Below, piece after piece: positions 1 to 11,190 of a stretch of 64,000 nucleotides of DNA. Origin of the DNA: Felis catus (taxonomy: Eukaryota). The notes beneath the pieces were generated by a model. The model had not been told where the DNA came from. It did not search any database and worked only from the letters and a program-made list of their open reading frames with translations. The stretch covers positions 64,172,001 through 64,236,000 of the forward strand of contig NC_058368.1 of the NCBI RefSeq assembly GCF_018350175.1. The letters run 5' to 3'. The translations under genes and the position numbers were made by a program. Position 1 is the first letter of the stretch; every line of letters begins with the position of its first letter.

Positions 1-191
1 ATGGGAAGTATGTGCTAATGTGTTTATATTTGCAAGTTTAGTATTTTCTTAGTACATGACTATTGTGAATTCCAGCTCTCCACCAGAGTTCCTGTGTGGG
101 ATATTCCCAGAGATGGTTCAAGTACAGAGTATTTGAATTATAACAACAGATGTAACTTTTTGTTTTGGTACTGGGATAAGGCAATTTAGGC

Positions 192-400
192 TTTTTTTTT
201 TTTTTGCCAACGTTTATTTATTTTTGAGGGACAGAGCATGAGCAGGGATGGGCAGAGAGAGAGGGAGGCAGAATCTGAAACAGGCTGCAGGTTCTGAGCT
301 GTCAGCACAGAACCCGACGTGGGGCTCAAACTCATGACCTGTGAGATCGTGACCTGAGCTGAAGTCGTGTGCTTAACCAACTGAGCCACCCAGGTGTCCT
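192..400 (-). mobile_element. Can-SINE (SINEC_Fc-like)
   Basis: Reverse complement has tRNA-like head, (CT)n tract and A tail; TSD-like aaggcaattta at 178-188 and 406-416. Confidence 0.95.
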
Positions 401-570
401 GGTAAAAGGCAATTTAAAGTCTAGGTCTTCTCTATTTAAAAAACAAAAACAAAAACAAAAAAAAACTAGCATACTTAAGCAACTTCAGATATTTCTTATT
501 GGAGGATGGCTTTAAATTGTTTTTATGGTAGTATCTACCTTAGGAGGAACATAATGAAGACTCTTATTTT

Positions 571-781
571 TAAAAAAAAAAATTTGTTTATTTATTTTAA
601 GAGAAAGAGAGAGAGAAAAAGGGGGGGAGGGGCAGAGAGAAAGGAGAGTGAGAATCCCAAGTAGGTTCTGCACTGTCAGCATGTAGCCTGACGTGGGGCT
701 TGAACTCAGAAGCTGTGAGATCATGACCCCAGCAGAAATCAAGAGTAGGGTGCTTAACTGACAAAGCCACCCAGGTGCCTC
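571..781 (-). mobile_element. Can-SINE
   Basis: Can-SINE body; TSD aagactcttatttt at 557-570 and 782-795. Confidence 0.95.
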
Positions 782-1026
782 AAGACTCTTATTTTGATCA
801 GGTGCAAGAGGAGACTGAACATAGGACAAAATACTACTACATGGAGTATAACAGAGGCTCCAAGACGACCCCCAAGAGGAAATTTGCTTAACTTTATTTA
901 GTTGCATATTTTAAAAATATATTTGATAATAGAACTCATTTTCGTAGAAAGCATTTTGGAAGATACTAATTTTTTAAGGAGCACAGCTTGGGAATTGAAA
1001 CTATCATTATTAATAGCCCTTTATTG

Positions 1027-1193
1027 CAGTGCTTCTCAAACTTAAATATCCATATGAATCTCCTCAGAAACTTGTTAGAATGCAGATTCTGCTTCAGCAT
1101 TTGTTGGAGGAGGGAATGAAATTCTCCTTTTCTAACCGGGTCCCTAGTGATGCCCAGGCTGCCCATCTGGAGTCTACATTTTGAGCAGCATAG
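1027..1193. mobile_element. MER5A-like hAT-Charlie DNA transposon relic
   Basis: cagtgcttctcaaactt start, aatgcagattctg core and tttgagcagca end resemble MER5A. Confidence 0.75.
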
Positions 1194-2056
1194 GTCTGAT
1201 GCATCGTGGTTCTTTAGTTTCCACAGAGATTATCGAGACACGGAAAGAGGTACACTTTTACATTAGTGGCTTCAGCCTCTTATGCTAATGAGGTAAAACA
1301 AATCGTTAGGATGGGAATCTTTTAATTTCAGCCTTGATTAGCATCAGGATAACAGAGAGAAGGTAAGACAGAAGATAGAGCCCCTCTCATACAGAAATTA
1401 ACAAAAAGAGTAAGTAAAAAAAGACTCTTCCACAGCTCCGAGACCCCTCTCCTCCAGACCAGACATATGAAAAGGGAGATGTGGAAAGAGAAGGTTCCTG
1501 ATAGGGCTGGTTTAAGATTGCTGCCGTACCGGTTCTATTCTTCCTTTCAATCTGTCTGTGTCTCTCTCTTTTTCTCTTCTTTCTTGTTTGGTCCCTTCTT
1601 TCTTTTTCTTTGTTTTTTGAGGTGTTATTCATATTGTTATAATCTTATTGGTATAAGAAAACTTCATACAGGCATATCTGGAAATATGTTCATATTCTAT
1701 TGCTATCCATTAAGCTGTATCAATACAAAATTATATATTACTTTGATATTTGTTCAATGTGTTACCGAATTTTTTTAAGTTGTAGATATTACTTATAGAG
1801 GAGGAGTGAAGACAACAATACATATCTTAAAAACAAGAAGTTATTTTGGATGGCTGTTTGTGTATGTGTGTTTTCTCATTCAAGTGTTGAATAGATCCTG
1901 ATTTTGTGCATTAAGCACAAACAAAAAATACAGAGACATAAGACCAAGACTTACTTTTGTCTTCCAAATGGCAGAGCTTTTCTGCCTCTGGAGCTATCAG
2001 CTCTTCGTGAGCTGATACTATTATGTCTGTTCTGTCTGATTGCCTTTGGTGTCGGC

Positions 2057-2285
2057 ACTAATTGATTGAGCATTTCCTGTGAACCGGAAATCATGCTGGT
2101 ATTTTATGTATATTAATTTACATAGGCCTCACCCCTCCCCAATTTTTGCTGCAGGCATTTTTATCCCTGTTGAGATGAGTAGAATGAGGCTTGTCGTATG
2201 TTAGCAAGTCCAAGCCATACCTGGGTCATGTAGAGTAGTGAAACCAGACTTTGAACCCAGTGAGCGAACAAGCCTTGTACTTGTA
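2057..2285 (-). mobile_element. MIR SINE relic
   Basis: attgagcatt...gagatgagtagaatgaggc...tttgaacccag motifs of antisense MIR. Confidence 0.6.
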
Positions 2286-3351
2286 GCAGCTATGACAAAG
2301 GAGAGTATAAACATTTGATATCTGCAAGGAGTCTGCTTCATCCTGCAAGTGAAATGTAAATTTGGTGGGGATTTGTTCTCTATTTACAATGCTATTGCAA
2401 ACATTATACCATAGTTCTTCCTTTGCCCATTATTTACAATAACTGCAATTTAATATCATCTCAAGAGGTAACATTAAACTATACAGAATCCCCAAGATTA
2501 AAGAAAAATATGCTTTGATTTTATTTCTAATTCTTTTTGGGGGATGAGAATTTGAACTGTTCTGAGTTTTATGGGTATCCTATATATGTTCATGGACATA
2601 AAATTAATTCCGTGTGTCTCAAGGGTAACACAGACATAAAAAGGCCAATTACAATTTTATGAATAGGAAATAGAAGATCTGGGGCTTCGATTTTCTCTAT
2701 TGTTGCATTCTAAATAACAGCACTATTTCTAGGGAATACTTACATCCTTTCTGACACAGAACAACTAGGAACTTTCATTAGAGAAAAATCAAAGCAGATG
2801 CAATGTGAGTCCCCATATAGTGCAAGTAATGTTAAAATAGATTCCAAACTGGTGTCTTGTTTTGATGAAAACTCAGAAGACAATTTGGAGACTGTTTGTC
2901 AGACTCTAGAGACGGAGGCACAGATGGAGTTCTGAATTAAGTGACTTTGTATTCTGAGATTTGAAATGAACTCCAGTCCCAACTGTATATTTCAATGATT
3001 GTGAACTAATTGGATGTGGTAATTGATTATTAAAGGATTTACATTCTTAAAATTATAAGGTTCATAAATAGTAATTTAAACATTTATAACAAAAGTCAAG
3101 ATGTAAACTTCATCTTCATATTAATGTATGTAGACAGAATTGCATGAACCATATGGGTTTACAAAATATTCTGGGTTAGTGAATTTTCCATAAAGCTGAA
3201 GAAAATTGCTTGAGATACCAAAAATTGAAATATTTTAACTAGTTAATATGTAAAAATAACAAAATTTAGTGCTGATTTCCCTGTTGCACCAAGCAGTTTC
3301 GAATTGAATGTTATTTAGACTTTTTTGCTTGACCAAAATACATCCTGAATG

Positions 3352-3725
3352 CTAATTCATTCAACAAATGTTCATTTAATAACTACGTAATGCATACCTA
3401 CAATGTGCCTGACTCTGTTCTTGTTATATCGGCACAAAACACTGTTCTTGTTATATCGGCCTTTGGAGAGAGACAAACCTACATAATAAATTTATGTATA
3501 TGCGAAAGTGTTCTGTATTGTAGGCCAAAAATATAGAGGGTCAAGGAGGCTAGAGGTCCCACCATAGGGTGGTCAGGAGAGGCCTTACTAAGCAGATAGT
3601 ATTCAAAGGAGTTAGCCATCTCAAGCAGAAGGAATTGCAAAGGCTCTGAGGCAGGAGCAGATCAGGCTTGACCATGGCAAGCCCACCAATGTGGCTGCAG
3701 AGGGGACATTGTTAGGAGAGAGGTA
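3352..3725 (-). mobile_element. L2 LINE 3' end relic
   Basis: attcattcaacaaat tail followed by tgtgcctgactctgttct and ggtcaggagaggcct motifs. Confidence 0.65.
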
Positions 3726-4609
3726 GGATCTCTCCTGGTTATGATCCAGCATTTGTGAAAAGTCCTCACCCACTTGCTGCAGAAGATGGAGGGAGACATT
3801 GCATTTTGCTAAAATGTGAATGTCTATTTGCTTTAAACTTACTTCTCTTGTGTTCTCATGAATACTGTAATTATGTGCAAGAATATTTACTCACAATTGG
3901 GCACCCAAAAAGCTCAGATCTGGTAGGGACTAAGGACGGAGAGCGTCAGTAAGGGAGCAGAGCAAGACCACCAGGCTGTGCTTCATCAAGGGTGTGCTGA
4001 CACAAGGGCCAGAAGTGAAGAGCAGCCACACCCAGGTTACACCTTCCTCTGGAGAACCAAACGACATTTTCTCCTTTCTCATGTGGCCAACTCATCAGAG
4101 CATCATGCACTTTGTCCTTTATCACTCATTCAATTTCTGCTTGTACAAATCACTGTGATTGTCAAACTTCCAGAATACAGGCTGAAGACCTACTCTGTGG
4201 CTAAAGTAGAGTAGGCATCTCCATTTCCTTCCCACTTCTTTTTTTTCATAAATGAACATGTGTCAAATATTTTATTCAACTCATTAATTAATGAGACATC
4301 TAGTAGATGGTACAACCAATTCAAAGAGTCTCGAGTACCACACATTGATAGTCAGATAGGGAATGCTGTAATTAATTTAACCTTCTCACTTTTGATTCTT
4401 GTGGGTTATCAGGTGCATCTAAAACCAAAGAGAAACTTAACTTTCTTTCCTATGCTAAAACAACTTGACATAAATAAACTATGTTTTCTTAGATTTCTAC
4501 TTCGACTGCTAATATACCTCTTTTGTATTTTAGAAGAACAAAGACCCTCTTACATTTTCTTTGTGATTATAGTTCCCTTTTTACGAACCATTCTCTTCTA
4601 AATTACTGT

Positions 4610-4825
4610 AGGAATAGCTGACATTTAAGTACCTTCATGTTCGAAGACTGTCAGGCACTGTACAAACACTGCGTCCCTTCACCTACACAGTGTCCCCATG
4701 AGGTGAATGTTGCCAACACTCTCCTGCTTTTATATATTAGGAAAACAAGACCCCACAGTGCCCATATGTTGCCCTAAGTCTTGGCAGGTAAGTGTCACAT
4801 CTACAAATGGAGTCCACATTGCCAA
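4610..4825 (-). mobile_element. MIR SINE relic
   Basis: aatagctgacattta, caggcactgt, ccccatgaggt and tttatatattaggaaaac motifs. Confidence 0.55.
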
Positions 4826-5421
4826 TTTTCTAAGGTTTTTTTCTACATCCCCAGAAACACCATCCTAAGCAGTTAACATGGGGTCTGGGGAGCTTCCGAT
4901 ATCCTCTGAACACTTTACCAAATGTGGATGAGGTGGGCCAGGCTAGGGGAGGTAGAGGAATGCTAAGAACATGGCTCCAGGCTGTGTCTTCTGCTTTTAA
5001 CAAAAATATTTGGAGAATTGGAAATATAAGGTAAGGTAGGCAGGAACTTATAAAGATGAATTAACGAGTTTGACTTGATTCTGTAAACTGTAGAGAATTA
5101 AAAAGGCTTTCTGGAGGAAAGTGACCTTGTTCATTACCATAAATTTAAAATAAATAATATTGGAGCTCTTGTTCTAATTAAGATGGGAAACAGAACAGTG
5201 TCAAGCTGATGCCATTGTGCACACTAGGCATTCATTTTATCATGTGTAGTAATAGGCCCACTGGTGGCCACTTTGTCTATGATTGAAACTGATTAGGTTG
5301 CACATTTCTTGGCTATGCATATTTGTTCTTTCTCCATTTCATTGTAATGTTGAAGTGTATTTAGATTTCCCATAAATGAAGATGAAAAAATGTTGACATG
5401 TTCAATTCTCATTTTTCTTTC

Positions 5422-5606
5422 TTTTTTTTCCTTTCCTTTCCTTTCCTTTCCTTTCCTTTCCTTTCCTTTCCTTTCCTTTCCTTTCCTTTCCTTTCCTTTC
5501 CTTTCCTTTCCTTTCCTTTCCTTTCCTTTCTCTTCTCTTTCTTCTCTTCTCTTCTCTTCTCTTCTCTTCTCTTCTCTTCTCTTCTCTTCTCTTCTCTTCT
5601 CTTCTC
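5422..5606. repeat. Compound pentanucleotide microsatellite (TTTCC)n(TTCTC)n
   Basis: Directly visible; abuts the 3' end of the U6 copy. Confidence 0.98.
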
Positions 5607-5713
5607 AATATGGAATGCCTCCTGAATTTGTGTGTCATCCTTGCACTGGGACCATGCTGGTCTTCCTTCCTTGTATCTTTTCAAATTTAGTGTAGTGCTG
5701 TGGAAGTGAGCAC
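5607..5713 (-). pseudogene. U6 snRNA retropseudogene, full length and diverged
   Basis: Reverse complement GTGCTCACTTCCACAGCACTACACTAAATTTGAAAAGATACAAGGAAGGAAGACCAGCATGGTCCCAGTGCAAGGATGACACACAAATTCAGGAGGCATTCCATATT aligns end to end with U6; the ACAGAGA box is disrupted; TSD-like cattttt(tt)ctttc at about 5410 and 5717. Confidence 0.93.
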
Positions 5714-5947
5714 ACACATTTTTTTCTTTCAATGGTAAATTAATTCTGTAGATCTACAAAGAAATGCCTGTTTTTCTCCCCATTCCTTCCCCAGGTTCTC
5801 TTGTGCATACCAGTTAAGTTATTTAGGAGAATAGAAGGAGTATGCATGCACACACATCCCGCCTCACCCTGATAAACTAGAAATTGCTAACTATCACATG
5901 GAGAGAGAACCCTGAACTCACAAATTAAAAATTTCTTCCATCTCTTT

Positions 5948-6125
5948 GGGCATGTGAGTGGCTCAGTCAGTTAAGTGTCTGACTATTGATTTTGGCTCAT
6001 GTCATGATCTCAGTTTGTGGGATGGAACCCCTCATCGGGCTCTGCACTGAACAGTACAGAGCCTGATTGAGATTCTTTTTCTCCCTTTCTCTCTGCCCCT
6101 CCCTAGTTTGCACTGTCTTTATCTC

Positions 6126-6160
<35 letters not shown>

Positions 6161-6167
6161 ATATTTT
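5948..6167 (+). mobile_element. Can-SINE with (TAAA)n tail
   Basis: Head gtggctcagtcagttaag; diverged TSD at 5927-5946 and 6168-6186. Confidence 0.93.
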
Positions 6168-6577
6168 AAAAAATCTTCCATATCTTAGTGTATAGGTTAG
6201 AATAAAATATTTTATTTATATTTATTTATATATAGATTAATTTATACATAAGTGTATTTATACATAGGTTATATTTAACTTATCATTGAATGTCTCTGTG
6301 TGTTTCTAAAATATTAAAGTTGATTGAATAACATGCCCCAGAAGAGAATTATATATTTTTGACACATGTTTTTCAAATCATATTTTACATGCTTTCAACC
6401 ACCTTTATTACTTAAAAACCGTGGTTTCTAAATCCTAGATGACTCCATGGGATAACATCAATGTAGTTAACTAATTTACCATACAAATTAGTTTTAAAAT
6501 TTCTCTAATGATTCATTGGTTGTGAGCTGTCATTTTAGGGAAATAATTATAACTTACGTTTTTAAATTTTTGATAAT

Positions 6578-7202
6578 TTACTAGCTTTTGATTGCCACTA
6601 TAACAAATTACTGCAGATGTAGTGGTTTAATGTACCATTACAGTTCCAGAGACCAGAAATCTGCACTAGGTCTTCTGAGGCTAACATTAAAGGTTATGTT
6701 CCTTATGCAGTCTCTAAGGAAGATTCTGTTCCAGACTTTTCCAGCTTCTAGAGACTGCCTGTATTCTATCATCACAACTCCTCTGACTCTACTTTTTTTC
6801 CCCCTGCACTTATAAAGACCCATGGGATTACAATGAGCTCACCAGATAATCCAGATTAATCTTCTCATTTCAAAATTCTTTTCTTTTAAGTTTATTATTT
6901 ATTTTGAGAGAGAGAGAAAGAGGGAGCATGAGGAGGGGAGGGACAGAGAGAGAGAGGGGAAGAGAGAGAGAGAATCTCAATGAGGGGCTTCATCTCACGA
7001 ACCCTGAGATCATGACCTGAGCCGAAATCAAGAGTTGGATGTCCAACTGACTGAGCCACCCAGATGTCCCCTCATTTCAAAATTTTTAATGTAATCACGT
7101 CTGCACACTCCCTTTTACCACATAAGTTAACATACTCACCAGTTTTGAGGATTGGAGTATGGAAATCTGTAGAGAGAGGGAAGCTTTATTCTTTTTACCA
7201 CA
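6578..7202 (-). mobile_element. MaLR MLT1 solo LTR interrupted by a SINE
   Basis: ataacaaattac...ttccagcttctagagactgcc...taatcacgtctgc...taccaca are antisense MLT1 motifs. Confidence 0.85.
6878..7070 (-). mobile_element. Can-SINE, internally deleted variant
   Basis: TSD ctcatttcaaaatt at 6864-6877 and 7071-7084. Confidence 0.95.
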
Positions 7203-7679
7203 GTAGTGTTCTCTTTTTTATTTTTATCATTTGAGGCACAAAACTTTATCTGTAATTTTAGAAAGAAATATCCTGCACCAAATATAATAGGGATTAATTT
7301 TCCTCCAATATATTTTTATGTAACTCTATAACAATATTTTTAATTAAAAAAAGCTCATGATTCCATGCCATGCAAATTAAATTTGAATGATGCATGAATT
7401 TTGAGTTGCTAATTTTAATTTGCTTGTTTCTTTATTCTATTACCATAGTTTATGTAGTTTTTAAGACATAAAATGTAGCAATTTAGCTACTTTACTTTTC
7501 TAAAATGATGACAATGTTCTTGAGTTCATACCCTCTCCAACTCAGACAAGGAGGTATAATACTAGGTCACATCTAATAACACAGTTCCTAATTAACCTGA
7601 TTAACCTGATTAACCTCAATTACCTAATATAAATTGATGCTTTTGCCAAGTGCCCTCTTGAGATGTCTTCCCAAGATTG

Positions 7680-7880
7680 ATTAAAATTGACCACCAATTT
7701 TTTCCCATTCTTCCTACTGAGGTGAGCAGGCCATTGCCTCTTTCTTTGAACCTAAGTTGGCTCTGTGACTGGCTTTTTCAAATTGAATGGAATAGAAGTG
7801 ATGCCAAGGGATTTTATGTCTAGGCATCAAGAGATTCATGGTTTCCATTACCCCCTTGGACCACTCCCTCCATGTGACAA
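7680..7880 (+). mobile_element. Old MLT1 (H/I/J-like) LTR fragment
   Basis: ttgaacctaagttggctctgtgactggcttt...tggaatagaagtgatgcca motifs. Confidence 0.6.
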
Positions 7881-7959
7881 TTGAATCTTGGTTAGGGTCC
7901 TTTGGGATGGCCGGAAGACATTGACCACATTGCTTTCAGCAGTTAGCATAGGATCTTTA

Positions 7960-8168
7960 ATTTTTTATCTATAAACTTTATCATTTAGAGCTGTTTTAGG
8001 TTCACAGAAAAACTGAACAGGACGTACAGAAAGTTTTCATACACCCTCTGTCCCCCAACATGCACAACCTCCCCTGCGCTCAACATGTAACACCAGATAT
8101 CACAGTTGTTACAATTGATGAATCTACACAGAAATGTCATTATCACCAAAATGCCGTAGTGTTACTTG
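7960..8168 (-). mobile_element. L1MC-type 3' end fragment
   Basis: agagctgttttaggttcacagaaaaactgaaca...gttacaattgatgaa antisense L1MC tail. Confidence 0.8.
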
Positions 8169-8769
8169 AGATTGAGTTTTTAGGTTTTTATTCTCTTTTC
8201 ACTGCAGGGATGGAAACAAATGTTGAGGTCTTCTGTTATCCCTATTAGAAAACCCTTGACTCTGATAACATTGCAATTTCTTGTGCTGTATCATGTTTTT
8301 CTAATTACCTTGCCTCTCTTCTTTTTTGTTCATCATGAACCTTTTTTTTTTTTTATTCCCTTCTCCTAAAATCTAGTATTTTATGTAGGAACACTTGACC
8401 TTTGTTGTATGTGTTTTTTACTGAACTGCATTCTACAACTTAGTATTCAGATTTAAAGAGCAACCGTGCAAGGATTACTTATTATTTGGCTATAACTTCT
8501 AAGAATATGTTCATAGTTATATCAACTTAAAATGCCTCAGATGAGAAGACCAAAAAATAGTCTCAATAAGGAGGTACATCTGGAGGGTACATAAGAAGAT
8601 CCACAGTCATTGCAGAAAGATCATCAATGCTATTACCACTCTGGATAAAAAGAAGAACATAGATATCAGTACAAATCAAGCTACCCAAAGGCGACAGATG
8701 TTTATAAGCTAAAGACATATGTATAGACATCTCTCTCTGAATGCATATGCTCTAATATTATTTTATATA

Positions 8770-9010
8770 AAAGGATATATGCTACATATGTTTTTGCTTC
8801 TAACTTTCTTTATTCACACAATAGTATAGCGTTGAGATTTTTCCACGTTAGTGTTTAATATCTTTTATAATGACTGTGTAGTTTTCATTTATAAAGGTGT
8901 ACCATCATTTACATAGCCATGATGGATTGTTAAGGTATTTTCGTATTTTCATCGTTATAAATATATTTAGATGAGCATCTTTTTAACTATAAATTTGTTG
9001 ACTACTGAAG
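8770..9010 (-). mobile_element. L1ME-type 3' fragment
   Basis: ttgagatttttccacgt, tgtaccatcattta and gatgagcatc motifs. Confidence 0.55.
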
Positions 9011-10679
9011 CATATGTGAAATATATTAGCTGTTAGACTCACTTTTGCTAGAGATATAAAGATTTATTTAAGTAAAGTTGATATAAGTTGCCCACTTTAT
9101 AGATAGGATTTCTTTGTATTCACCTTGGATTTCATTATTTTTTTGGATTTCATTATTTTTATATTATAAATACATTTGATATAGGTCTAGAGTGAATAGA
9201 CAGATCAATAGATTGATAGGTCAATAGACTGACTGATAAAAGGAAATAATTTTCATATGATTTTTCAGGTCTAATTCATATTCCTCAAGTCTATCATATA
9301 CCGCCCCCTTATAAGAATCAAAGATGCCTGCAATACTAAAACAAGAAAGAACTGATAGATTTTATGTAAATGTAAATACATGAATTATGGATTCAAAGGT
9401 AGTTATTGTAGTAATAGTAGATGCTCTTTGTGCTGAATCCAATTTATTCTATCTTTAAAATTTGAAGTAACTATTAAAATAATTTTAGTTATCCTAAAAT
9501 TATTTCATTTCTTTATTCTCACATGGAGTATAGAGAATGATAGTTTTCTTTAACCTGATTCTCCATCGCTTTACTTTTTGCCACTTAAGAGAAAACTCAG
9601 AGAAAAAACTAACATGATATTTTTCTAAAACCTCTTTAACCATAACTTAATTTGGGTTCTCACCAATAAAAGAAAGGATACAGAATTCTCAAAGCTCTTT
9701 TTGTTACTTTATAATACAGAAAAAGAAATGCATACATGAAAATAACTTTCTCATATGGCTATGAAGGAGCCATCTAGGATGGCAGCTTTTTATAATTTTG
9801 TTGTGACAGAAGTCACTGAACTTTGGATTAAAAAAAAGCATAATTACAAACAATGCTTGTCAAGTGGCCATTGTCAATTTTAAAAGAAAGAGTTACAATT
9901 TGAGAATGGAAATTATTAAAGAAATAAGAAAAGTCATTACCTCCATATACCTTAAATTGTCACCAACCCTACTTAATTATTTGGCAGCTTTTAAAAGTAT
10001 TTAGGAAGTCAATCATGTGTAACCTATTGATTGCAGCTATTCATAAGCAGTAGAAGCAAACTGCAAACTCTAGGTTAATTGTATTTGAATTGTAAGACAT
10101 TGACCAGACCTACTGCAAAGAATAAAAGACATATCAGTTTCTCCCCAGGACATATGCCAGGGCTTGAAATAGGGTGGGTTTGTGTAGGTCTCTCTCGGTA
10201 ACAGGGCTACTCTTCAGATAACGCAGAGCACTTTAGTCAATAGGAAAGGCAGAACCTATTGCTTTGGAGACGTGATTTCTCTTGGAAATGGCTGATAAAT
10301 CACAATTACATAAACTGAGGGAAGACATAACAGATCTATCAGCTGCATAATAATTATCATGGCAGAAGAACCTATTGCATTCTCCAGGTTAGAACTAACA
10401 AGTTTTTCAGAGTGTGCAATAAATCAGTTTTGAAAATGCCAAGTCACATCAGGTGTACTAAGCTATTAAGTAGTATTGGTTTACAACAAAACCAGAAATT
10501 GAGTATAGAATTTGCTTTAGACACTTCATTTGCAAAGTATATAAGAAATGCTAACAGGTATGGCATATTTGCATATGCAACAATTTCATAAACTCACTGG
10601 AAAAAAAATTCAAAGTGCAATGCAAAGTGGTATGATTTCCATTTTAAGGAAATAAAATCAGTTCATGAAATTAGTTTTA

Positions 10680-10904
10680 TTTTTTTTTTAATTTTTTTTT
10701 TCAACGTTTATTTATTTTTGGGACAGAGAGAGACAGAGCATGAACGGGGGAGGGGCAGAGAGAGAGGGAGACACAGAATCGGAAACAGGCTCCAGGCTCA
10801 GAGCCATCAGCCCAGAGCCTGATGCGGGGCTCGAACTCACAGACTGCGAGATCGTGACCTGGCTGAAGTCGGACGCTTAACCGACTGCGCCACCCAGGCG
10901 CCCC
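10680..10904 (-). mobile_element. Young SINEC_Fc
   Basis: Near-consensus with many CpGs retained; perfect TSD atgaaattagtttta at 10665-10679 and 10905-10919. Confidence 0.98.
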
Positions 10905-11145
10905 ATGAAATTAGTTTTAAAAGTTAATAATCACTCCTGTAATGGATCGTAGTTTTAATATAATATAGAAATTATATTTTTTTCTATATAATTAGATAAA
11001 AGCATTCAATTTAAGCAAAGCCATTCAATTTACTGTGCTATAAACTAACTCTGCGACCAAAGTAGATTCCCATCTTCTTGAGGAATGGGACATTTTTGTT
11101 GTGTCAGTGAGAATTTCATTTTTTTCTGGTCTCAGTTTTCTACAG

Positions 11146-11190
11146 CTATCCCTCAGGATCCATTACTAAAAGTGAAAACTGAGCCTGCAG
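11146..11190 (+). other. Candidate 45-nt symmetric phase-1 exon, (x)IPQDPLLKVKTEPA
   Basis: Polypyrimidine tract plus ttttctacag acceptor; CAG/gtaaga donor; only one frame open; non-repetitive flanks; protein not recognised. Confidence 0.3.

Noticed and set aside
5254..5270. CTCF-like motif (minus strand TGGCCACCAGTGGGCCT)
   Set aside because: Mismatch at a core purine position; a motif alone is insufficient
5390..5732. ORFs of 75-107 aa (FPFLS / KGKER repeats)
   Set aside because: Translations of the pentanucleotide microsatellite and the U6 copy
9269..9339. Possible terminal exon ending IPPPYKNQRCLQY* (PY motif)
   Set aside because: Acceptor only moderate, no recognised homology; such frames arise by chance
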